A DNA stretch of 32,000 nt, taken from an archaeon GW2011_AR10 (GTDB lineage: Archaea; Iainarchaeota; Iainarchaeia; Iainarchaeales; GW2011-AR10). The stretch is from contig CP010424.1 of the NCBI GenBank assembly GCA_000830275.1, positions 480,001-512,000 of the forward strand, written 5' to 3'. Positions 24,798 to 32,000 of the stretch are shown here, piece after piece. Positions within the stretch are counted from its first letter, which is position 1; every line of letters starts with the position of its first letter. Position numbers and translations under genes: made by a program. The notes under the pieces are model-generated. The model ran no database searches. It was not told the DNA's origin and saw only the letters and a list, made by a program, of their open reading frames with translations.

Positions 24798-26300
24798 TCA
24801 CTTTACCTCGTAAAGCTTTGCACACGAATCTGAAAAAATTTCTTTAACCAAGCCCTGCTGTTCAAGTTCATTCAAGAATTTTTTGTTTAATGGGCTTTTG
24901 TAACATGTCTGCGCAATGTGCGTAATGTTGAATTGTTTCACTTTTGAAAGAAATTCTGAGGCGTTGTTTGACTCAAACCTTGCATCATTGTCGTTGAAGC
25001 CGAACGGGTTTCTGCTGCTGAAAAAAGAAACAGCCCTGGTGTTGTTGGAGTAAACCAGCACAAGAGAGTTTTGCGGCGTTTCGCTTATTGCGTTGTAAAG
25101 CGGGAGGTGCTTCTCAAAAACATCTTTGAAAAACAAGGCTGAAGTGCCAGTGTATGCAAGCGAATAAAAAGAGAAAAGCAGAAGGGACAGTATTACTAGT
25201 GATTTGAAAAACTTGTTTGAAAGAGCCGCAAAGCCAAAAGCAAAAACAACTGCAATCAGGGGCACAACAGGAATAATCATTCTAAAGTAAGCGGCCCTCT
25301 GAATTATGGGTATGAATTCCAAAGCAATCGGAAGTAGAACAATGAAGGAAAGCAATGTCGGCTTCTGAATTAATTGCTTTGCACCGTTGAGCAGCGTAAT
25401 TCCAAGCGGAAGAACCATTAAAGCAAAAACAACTGCGGCTAATTCGAACGGAATTCCTGAAACGAAAGATTGAGCGGAGAAAGCTGAAAGATTTGGAAAA
25501 TCCCAGAAGTAAAGATAGTATAGGTGCGGAAAACTGATGAGATGGGAAAGAGGGAATGCAGTGTCAATGCCTAAAGTGAGTTCGTTGCTTGCGAGCTGGA
25601 AATTGTGCTGGTCAAGTGTGCCAAACTTCAGAATGTTCAAGCCGAACCAGAACCCTGAAAGAAAAACTGTGATAACAATAAAACCAGCCACTGTTTTTAG
25701 GGAAGTGTGCTGTTTCCAGAGCACATAAATTGAAGCAAGGAAAAAAACCGGCACAAGAAGTGTTGCGTTGAGCTTGCTGAGGCTTAACGCGGAGATTGAA
25801 ACTGCCAAAGGAATTGCTGAAAAGAAAGTTTGCTTTTTTTCCTGGAGCTTCATGATAAGGAACATGGAGGAAAAAACGAATACAACAGAAATTGCTTCAG
25901 TGTAATTTACTGCCCCAAACCTTGTAAGCCAAGGAACTGAGACAAAGAATGCCAAAGCCGCAAGGTAGTGCTGCGGGAAAAGCTTTCTGAACACAACAAA
26001 TGCCAACGATAATTGTACCAATGAAAGCACTAAAGGCACCATTTTTGATGTAAAAAGCGTTAGGGAAAGCTGAGATAATATCAATGCTGAAGCAAAGAAT
26101 GCATAATAAAGAGGTGGCGGTACATCAATTTCTGGCAGGGAAAGCGTTTTTTGGTCTAAAATTTCTTTCACTATTGACAAATGGTAGAGAGAGTCATTGT
26201 AGGCAGCCTCTGGTGTAATTGCAAGCGCCCAAAGCTTTGAGAGAAGCCCCACAACAATTATTAGAATTAGCACATTCTTTGAACTTAGAAATTTTTGCAT
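24798..26300 (-). CDS. Polytopic membrane protein with a C-terminal soluble domain, a GT-C fold (PMT/ArnT-like) glycosyltransferase candidate
   Basis: 500 aa and more than 10 TM segments. The first loop has AAYNDSLYHLS (acidic/aromatic, GT-C-like). It abuts the flippase start with 0 nt spacing. The family call is tentative. Confidence 0.5.
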   Translation of the reverse strand: MQKFLSSKNVLILIIVVGLLSKLWALAITPEAAYNDSLYHLSIVKEILDQKTLSLPEIDVPPPLYYAFFASALILSQLSLTLFTSKMVPLVLSLVQLSLAFVVFRKLFPQHYLAALAFFVSVPWLTRFGAVNYTEAISVVFVFSSMFLIMKLQEKKQTFFSAIPLAVSISALSLSKLNATLLVPVFFLASIYVLWKQHTSLKTVAGFIVITVFLSGFWFGLNILKFGTLDQHNFQLASNELTLGIDTAFPLSHLISFPHLYYLYFWDFPNLSAFSAQSFVSGIPFELAAVVFALMVLPLGITLLNGAKQLIQKPTLLSFIVLLPIALEFIPIIQRAAYFRMIIPVVPLIAVVFAFGFAALSNKFFKSLVILSLLLFSFYSLAYTGTSALFFKDVFEKHLPLYNAISETPQNSLVLVYSNNTRAVSFFSSRNPFGFNDNDARFESNNASEFLSKVKQFNITHIAQTCYKSPLNKKFLNELEQQGLVKEIFSDSCAKLYEVK

Positions 26301-26372
26301 GACAAAATAAAGTTAATATAAAAGACTTTTTAATAATTAGATATTCAAAGAAGAACCACTGGTTTTGGTACA

Positions 26373-27341
26373 ATGGTAAAAGGGTTGAATGTTGTTGTGC
26401 TGATTCCTGCATTCAACGAGCAGGAAACAATTGCGGAAGCAATAAACAGCGTGCCAAGAAAAATCCTGGGCGCGGAAAGCGTGAAAATCCTGGTTGTAGA
26501 TGATGGCAGCACTGATGCAACTCTAGAAAAAGCGGGAAAAGCAAAAGCAGACAGAATTGTTAGGTTGCCTTCAAACAGGGGGCTTGGGGTTGCATTCAGG
26601 AAAGGAATCGATGAAGCAATAAAAATGAAGGCAGACGCAGTTGTCAACATGGACGCTGATTTGCAGTTTGACGCAAATGATATCCAGAAGCTTTTGCAGC
26701 CAATACTCAAAGGCGAAGCAGACATGGTTACATGCACTAGATTCAAGGACAAATCAATGCAGCCACAAATGCCACTGGTGAAGAAATTCGGCAACAAGGT
26801 TTTCACTTCCGTCGTAAACTTTTTAACGCAGCAGAAGTTCACTGACACGCAGTGCGGCTTCCGCGCTTACAGCAGGGAAGCAATGCTGCGCTTGAATCTT
26901 TTCGGAAAGCACACTTACACTCAAGAGGTTTTTTTGAGCTTGGTTGAAAATGATTTGAGAATTGTGGAAGTACCGTGCAGGGTTAAAGGTCAAAGGCAGG
27001 GAAAATCAAAAGTCGTTGGAAGCATTTTTGGATACAGCCTTAAAGCATTGCTTATAATTATTAGGGCAATAAGGGACTACAAGCCCCTGGCATTTTTTGG
27101 AAGCATTGGAACAGCTATTCTTTCACTCGGCACGGCAATTGCCGGAGCGCTTTTTGTAAGATGGCTTTTAACAGGGCTTACATCTCCTTTTACTTCGCTT
27201 ATTTCAGTTTCAGCTCTGCTTATAATCGTTGGATTTATGCTCATAATTCTTGCGCTTATTGCTGACATGCAGGGAAGGCAGAAAAAATTGCAGGAAGAAA
27301 TCCTTTACAGGCTCAAAAAGCAGGAAATCGAAAAAATTTAA
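26373..27341 (+). CDS. GT2 polyprenyl/dolichyl-phosphate sugar synthase-like glycosyltransferase (GtrB/DPM1-like)
   Basis: VVVLIPAFNE...VVDDGSTDAT, DADLQ and TDTQCGFRAY, plus two C-terminal TM helices. Confidence 0.8.
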   Translation: MVKGLNVVVLIPAFNEQETIAEAINSVPRKILGAESVKILVVDDGSTDATLEKAGKAKADRIVRLPSNRGLGVAFRKGIDEAIKMKADAVVNMDADLQFDANDIQKLLQPILKGEADMVTCTRFKDKSMQPQMPLVKKFGNKVFTSVVNFLTQQKFTDTQCGFRAYSREAMLRLNLFGKHTYTQEVFLSLVENDLRIVEVPCRVKGQRQGKSKVVGSIFGYSLKALLIIIRAIRDYKPLAFFGSIGTAILSLGTAIAGALFVRWLLTGLTSPFTSLISVSALLIIVGFMLIILALIADMQGRQKKLQEEILYRLKKQEIEKI

Positions 27342-27342
27342 A

Positions 27343-28245
27343 TTAGTGCAATAGCTGCTCTTCTTCTTTCATCAGTGAAAGGCCGTTCAGGAGGGAAAGC
27401 GGTTTAAATTTTAGGGCTTTCTCCATTTTTTCGGTGGAATAACATGTTTTCATTGGCCTTGGAGCAATTTCCTTAAAAAAAGAGTTTTTAACCGGGAAAA
27501 TCAGCTTTGAATCAAGCCCGAATACCTCTGCAACCTTAACTGAAAAACTGTATCGGTCAACGCATTCAGCCCCTGCCACGTGAAACAGGCCGGATTCTTT
27601 CAGCTCAATGCATTTCCATACTGCTTCAGCAGCTGAACCAGCATACAAATGATTGTTGTAAATGTCGTCGACCACTTTAATCTGCTTTTTTTGGCGAAGC
27701 ATCTGAATGCACCAGGTTGCAGGGTTGCCCCGTTCTCCCTCATTGTTCCAGCCGTACATGGTGTTAAGCCTAAGAACAGCATTTTCGCTGCTTGCATTTT
27801 CAACTGCTTTCTCTCCAAGCAGTTTGGTCTTGCCGTAATAGTTCAGTGGCTTTGGCGTGTCAAGTTCAGAGTAAATATTTTTTCTCCCGTCGAAAACAGC
27901 ATTGGTGGAAGTGTAAACCATTTTTGTTGCGTGCTCTTCGCACAATTTTGCAAGGTTTTCTGTTGCCTCGGCGTTTGTCCTGAATGCAAGTTCCCTGTTT
28001 TTTTCGCACTCGTCGACGTTTCCAATTGATGCAGCATGAATGCAGGCATCAAAAGAGTTTTCACTGAAAACTTTTTCCAGCTCTCCTTTTTTGGTTATGT
28101 CCAATTTTATTTCCTTGAAGCCAAGAACTCCAGAAATCGGCGCACTGTGCTTTGCCAGAAAAAGGCTGTGCTTGCGCTGGCTTTTGAGGAGGTACCTTCC
28201 AAGAAGACCGCTTGCTCCAGTGACAAGAATATTTATTCGGCTCAC
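27343..28245 (-). CDS. rfbD: dTDP-4-dehydrorhamnose reductase-like SDR
   Basis: ILVTGASGLLG, YGKTKLLGE (RmlD-type YxxxK) and ~300 aa length. GTG start. Confidence 0.7.
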   Translation of the reverse strand: MSRINILVTGASGLLGRYLLKSQRKHSLFLAKHSAPISGVLGFKEIKLDITKKGELEKVFSENSFDACIHAASIGNVDECEKNRELAFRTNAEATENLAKLCEEHATKMVYTSTNAVFDGRKNIYSELDTPKPLNYYGKTKLLGEKAVENASSENAVLRLNTMYGWNNEGERGNPATWCIQMLRQKKQIKVVDDIYNNHLYAGSAAEAVWKCIELKESGLFHVAGAECVDRYSFSVKVAEVFGLDSKLIFPVKNSFFKEIAPRPMKTCYSTEKMEKALKFKPLSLLNGLSLMKEEEQLLH

Positions 28246-28307
28246 CTATAGACATCTTTTTAAACAAACCTTTAAATTCCTTTTTTAAGAGGCAAGAGGT
28301 TTTTTTC

Positions 28308-29429
28308 TTGAAGGTTTTGGCATTTGGCTCCTACGACCTGCACCAGAACACTAACACTGAAAAACTTTCCGGGCTGCAGGAAGTAGGGGTTGAGGTTGTT
28401 CAATGCAGGAATGAGTTCTGGCAGAAGAAAAGAAACAGGCCAGAATACTTCAGCGGTGCTGCCATTGCATGGCACGCGTTAAGGCTGCCACTGCATTACG
28501 CTAAACTTCTGTGGAAGTACCTTAATGCAGGAAAGTATGATGCAATGCTTGTCCTTTACCCTGGGCACCTTGACCTGCTGTTGGCAAAACCGCTTGCGTT
28601 TCTTGCAGGAAAAAAAATTGTGTTCTCTCCGTTTATTTCAGCTTACCAGAACATTGTTTTCCAGAGAAACTACGCTGGGAAAAACTCGCTGCGGGCAAGG
28701 CTCTTTTATTACCTTGACAAAGTTCCCTGCATTCTTGCTGATGCCATAGTTATTGACACAAACGCCCACGCAGACTACTTCAGCAAAACATTTGGAATTG
28801 AAAGGAAAAAATTTCGCAGGGTTTTCACTGGAGCAGGCAAGGCTTTTTCTCCAAAAAACACTCCAAAAAACAGCAAATTTACTGTGCTGTTTTATGGTTC
28901 ACTGATTAAGGGCCACGGGATTGAAAAAATTCTTGAAGCAGCAGAGATTCTGAGGAAAGAAGACATTCTGTTCAGGATTGCAGGCAGCGGCCCACTGCGA
29001 GAAAAGGTTGAAAAGCTTGTAGAGGAAAAAAAACTAGGAAACGTTGAGTTAATGCTCGAATGGCTGCCGCAGGAAAGGATTGCCGGGCTAATCGCTGGAG
29101 CAGACATTGGCCTTGGGCTAATGGAGTCAACTGAGAAAACAAGCTTGGTGATAGGCAACAAGGCATACGAGATTCTGGCAATGAAGAAGCCGCTTGTAAA
29201 CGCTGACGGGGCAGGCATCAGAGAATTAGTGGAAAACGGAAAGGAAGCTGTTTTATGCAGCCCAAACCCGAAAGCAATTGCTGAAGCAATATTGCTGCTG
29301 AAAAACAATGAAGGAAAGAGAAAAACCATTGCAGAAAACGGTTACAGGAAATTCGAACAGATGGCTTCAACCAAGGCAATTGGCAGGGAAATGGATAAAG
29401 TATTCAAAGAAGCTCTCGCGGCAGAATGA
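28308..29429 (+). CDS. Glycosyltransferase (GT-B fold, GT4/GT1-like)
   Basis: C-terminal Rossmann half with GSGPLREKVE and E...E (ESTEKTSLVIGNKAYE). TTG start, with GAGG ~10 nt upstream. Confidence 0.7.
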   Translation: MKVLAFGSYDLHQNTNTEKLSGLQEVGVEVVQCRNEFWQKKRNRPEYFSGAAIAWHALRLPLHYAKLLWKYLNAGKYDAMLVLYPGHLDLLLAKPLAFLAGKKIVFSPFISAYQNIVFQRNYAGKNSLRARLFYYLDKVPCILADAIVIDTNAHADYFSKTFGIERKKFRRVFTGAGKAFSPKNTPKNSKFTVLFYGSLIKGHGIEKILEAAEILRKEDILFRIAGSGPLREKVEKLVEEKKLGNVELMLEWLPQERIAGLIAGADIGLGLMESTEKTSLVIGNKAYEILAMKKPLVNADGAGIRELVENGKEAVLCSPNPKAIAEAILLLKNNEGKRKTIAENGYRKFEQMASTKAIGREMDKVFKEALAAE

Positions 29430-30201
29430 ACTCTGCTCTCTGTTTCTGCAGGAAATCAAGCGTGCTCTGCAGTACCTTGATTCTGTTCTTGGAACCGATA
29501 AGCCAGTCGTGAAAGGTCAGGTTAAAGTGCTGTTCTGCCTGAAAATACTGTTTCTGAAGCGAGTTAACTGTAAACTCTAACTGTGCCAGAGAGCTGTTCT
29601 GGTTTGGGTCCACTAACCCTAAAAGCTCCCCGTCCATGGAGGAAAGAAGAGGAATTTCCCGCAAGCCATTTGCATTGAACGGTTTCTTGGGAAAGAAAAC
29701 CCATTGGGTGCGAAGAAATGTTTTAAGCAGAAGCTTGTTAACCAAGTGAAGGAAATTGCTGTCGGAAAACTGAAGAGAAGGGTGCTCAGCAATTTCTGCT
29801 CTACGGATTCTTTTATTGCTGGCCCACTTGTAGCCGCGCTGCCGCAATACACTGTAAACTTTGGCATTATAGTAAAGCCATGGACTCCTGAAGCCAATGG
29901 GCTTTGAGCCAGTAATTTCGCTTATTAGCTTCTCTGTTTTCTGCATTGCGCTGTTGAGTTCTTTTTCGTTTAAGCCAAGAACGTTTTCGTGGTTGTACAT
30001 GTGAGAGGAAATCTCGTGGCCGTTGGAATGCATTAACTCAACCTGCCTTGGAAATTCCTCAACCACTTTCCCGCAGACATTAAATGCAGCCATTATTTTT
30101 CTTTTTCTAAGCTCTCCAAGCACTCTTTCAATGCACTCCTTGTTATCAGTTTTCTGGCTTACCAAATCAGCTTCCACGTCAAAAAACACAATAGTTTTTT
30201 T
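29404..30201 (-). CDS. Polysaccharide deacetylase (CE4 / NodB homology domain)
   Basis: FFDVEAD, HSNGHEISSHMYNH and GFRSPW motifs. I place the start at MKKTIVFF (30201). Its 3' end overlaps the convergent GT gene by 26 nt. Confidence 0.8.
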   Translation of the reverse strand, partial: KKTIVFFDVEADLVSQKTDNKECIERVLGELRKRKIMAAFNVCGKVVEEFPRQVELMHSNGHEISSHMYNHENVLGLNEKELNSAMQKTEKLISEITGSKPIGFRSPWLYYNAKVYSVLRQRGYKWASNKRIRRAEIAEHPSLQFSDSNFLHLVNKLLLKTFLRTQWVFFPKKPFNANGLREIPLLSSMDGELLGLVDPNQNSSLAQLEFTVNSLQKQYFQAEQHFNLTFHDWLIGSKNRIKVLQSTLDFLQKQRAEFILPRELL

Positions 30202-30214
30202 CATTGAAAAACAC

Positions 30215-32000
30215 TCATTCAGGTTCAATTAAAACTTCTGTCAGTTCATTTTTTAATTTAAGGGCAATTCCGGGCCACAAAAACTCTTTCTTAAGCCTCT
30301 CTTTTCCTCTTGCAACCAAAGATGCAGCAAGCTTCTGGTCATTTTTTATTGCAGTTAATTTCCTCGCAAGATCACTTGGTTTTCCTTCCTTGAAAACCAA
30401 GCCAGCATCGCCGATTATTTCAGGAATCGCACCGCTACTTGAGCCAATTACCGGCACTTCAACAGCCATTCCCCCGAGAAGGATTCTGCCGAATTGTTCC
30501 TTCCAAACACTGGTTGACTCTGAGGGCAGAACAACAACATCCATGCAGTTCAGGTATTTGGACACTTCCTCCAGAGAAGCATTGGTTACAACAATTCTGT
30601 CACGAATTTTTTTCTTTTCAGCGTAATCCAAGAAATCTTTTTCGAATGGTCCTTTTCCAACAACCAAAATGTTGAACTCAAAATCAAGTGTTGATGCAGC
30701 ATCAACCAAGGTGAGCAGGCCTTTTTCCTTTGTGAGCCTTCCGCCGAAACCGATTGTGAAATGCCTTAAACCCAAAGATTTTTTGAAATCTGGGCTGCGC
30801 TTTTTCGAGTAAAGGCTGTTGTCAATGCCAAGGTAAAGCAAAGAGGCTTTTTTTATGAACCCTTTTTTTCTCAGGATTTTTTCGCACTCCGTATTGAGAA
30901 TGAACGCAGAGCTAGCGCGAGAAAACACAAGCCTTTCAATCAGCCTGAAAATGAGCCACCTGCGCTTTTCAACCAAGTTTTCGTTAGTGTGAAAAACAAG
31001 CTTTGCACCAGAAAGCAATGAAACGACAAACGCCTGCAGCGCAACCATGCTTCCCGGCTCCTCTTGCAGGAAAATAATATCAGGCTTTGAATGCGTGATA
31101 TTTAGTAAAAAAGGCTTCGAGTAAAAGTGCAGGTGCATGTGGTTGGTGAAAACAGTGTTTCCCAAAACCATTTTTGCTTCGTTTCTTTCCCTCAAGTTGA
31201 TTTCCTCTGTTTTTTCTGCTGAAGCAGTGTGCCAACGCGTTGGCACAATAACCGAAACATCCCAATCAGGGAATTTGGCAAGTTCAATGAACAGTATTCT
31301 GTTCAAGGGGTCATAGGCTGAATGACTAATGCATAAAACCCTTTTTTTTCTGGAGCCTATTTCAATAATTTTGCGGTCACGGTTTTTTGCCGCAAGAGTT
31401 GAAGGCAGGAAAACAAGGTTCCATAAAAGCGCCTTCAGCACGATTGGAACATTCAGCAGAACATTGTCAGAGTAACGGAGCCTGTCAAAGTAGTTAAGGC
31501 TCCTGTCCACCTTTTTGAAAGGGTTAAGGGCATTGTTGATAACGCTAAGGGCAAGCCTTGCCGTGCGAATCACGCCAAAGTTTTTTATCGAGCAGCGAAT
31601 ATTGTTTCTTATTTGCAGGTAAGATGCCTTTCTCTTCCACGCCTTGTTCTCTGTAATTCCTGAACCCTGGTGGAAGTTTGAAATGTTTGTCTGCACGAGT
31701 TTGAAGCCAGCACGCCTTGCACGAGTTTCAAAATCTAATTCCTCATCGTAGAGAAAGTAAACAGGGTCAAAGAGGCCGGCTTTTTCAAAAACTTCCCTTT
31801 TAACGAAAAGGCCGCTGCCTGAAAGGATGCCTTCTTCCAGCACATTAAAGCGAAGAGGCCTGTTCTGCCTCAAAACTTTTTTGAACTGTTCAATGCTGCC
31901 CTTCACTATTGCTCCATGCGGATTAAAATCTTTGTCTGCAAGAGGATTAAGGTCACAGCCCACCAAGCCGATTTTGTCATCCCCGGCAAAAACCCGCAGA
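30215..32000 (-). CDS. Bifunctional glycosyltransferase, a GT2-GT4 fusion. The N-terminus lies beyond the window edge.
   Basis: The frame stays open upstream of the tool start to position 32000 (...FAGDDKIGLVGCD). It contains the C-terminal half of a GT2 domain (FVKREVFEKAGLFDPVYFLYDEELDF) and a full GT4 domain (KEQFGRILLGGMAVEVPVIGSSSG). Confidence 0.75.
   Translation of the reverse strand, partial: LRVFAGDDKIGLVGCDLNPLADKDFNPHGAIVKGSIEQFKKVLRQNRPLRFNVLEEGILSGSGLFVKREVFEKAGLFDPVYFLYDEELDFETRARRAGFKLVQTNISNFHQGSGITENKAWKRKASYLQIRNNIRCSIKNFGVIRTARLALSVINNALNPFKKVDRSLNYFDRLRYSDNVLLNVPIVLKALLWNLVFLPSTLAAKNRDRKIIEIGSRKKRVLCISHSAYDPLNRILFIELAKFPDWDVSVIVPTRWHTASAEKTEEINLRERNEAKMVLGNTVFTNHMHLHFYSKPFLLNITHSKPDIIFLQEEPGSMVALQAFVVSLLSGAKLVFHTNENLVEKRRWLIFRLIERLVFSRASSAFILNTECEKILRKKGFIKKASLLYLGIDNSLYSKKRSPDFKKSLGLRHFTIGFGGRLTKEKGLLTLVDAASTLDFEFNILVVGKGPFEKDFLDYAEKKKIRDRIVVTNASLEEVSKYLNCMDVVVLPSESTSVWKEQFGRILLGGMAVEVPVIGSSSGAIPEIIGDAGLVFKEGKPSDLARKLTAIKNDQKLAASLVARGKERLKKEFLWPGIALKLKNELTEVLIEPE

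Noticed and set aside
1-32000. Scan for rRNA, tRNA, CRISPR repeats, transposase/integrase genes and terminal inverted repeats flanking the AT-rich insertion.
   Set aside because: I found no evenly spaced direct repeats, no cloverleaf candidates, no DDE or tyrosine-recombinase motifs, and no obvious direct repeats at 10519 or 13378. This was a by-eye search only and should be repeated with tRNAscan, Infernal and repeat finders.

Overview
This window is a dense, low-GC locus for surface-glycan and nucleotide-sugar biosynthesis, apparently from a small-genome prokaryote. Several starts have TATA-like AT boxes upstream. GTG/TTG starts and 1-4 nt gene overlaps are frequent, and convergent genes overlap at their 3' ends. 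I lean towards a DPANN-type archaeon, but a CPR bacterium is not excluded; this is inference only.

Gene order:
- A partial hypothetical gene, then an ABC-2 exporter pair (-).
- An 838-aa secreted protein with two near-identical PPC-type domains and an unassigned His-rich C-terminal module, followed by a small AT-rich ORF. This looks like a polymorphic-toxin/immunity layout.
- Two paralogous PIN-domain genes (-), each converging on and overlapping members of a small-protein family (49-55 aa) missing from the ORF track.
- The glycan cluster: an SDR epimerase with a Cys4 insert, rmlB, rmlA, rfbF, rfbG, a B12-binding radical SAM enzyme, AsnB, about nine glycosyltransferases, a Wzx-like flippase, a GT-C-like membrane protein, rmlD and a CE4 deacetylase.

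Most interesting observations:
- rmlB and rmlA are split by a roughly 2.9 kb, markedly AT-richer insertion. It carries a small 2-TM protein translationally coupled to a membrane-anchored PD-(D/E)xK nuclease-like protein, a very basic 58-aa ORF, a tail-anchored ORFan, a cluster of hairpins, and a small hydrophobic ORF coupled to a free-standing HTH-LAGLIDADG endonuclease.
- A roughly 35-nt hairpin motif recurs at two distant sites with a compensatory stem change.
- A 25-41 nt TATA-like intergenic motif recurs three times.

I found no rRNA, tRNA, CRISPR array, transposase or integrase.
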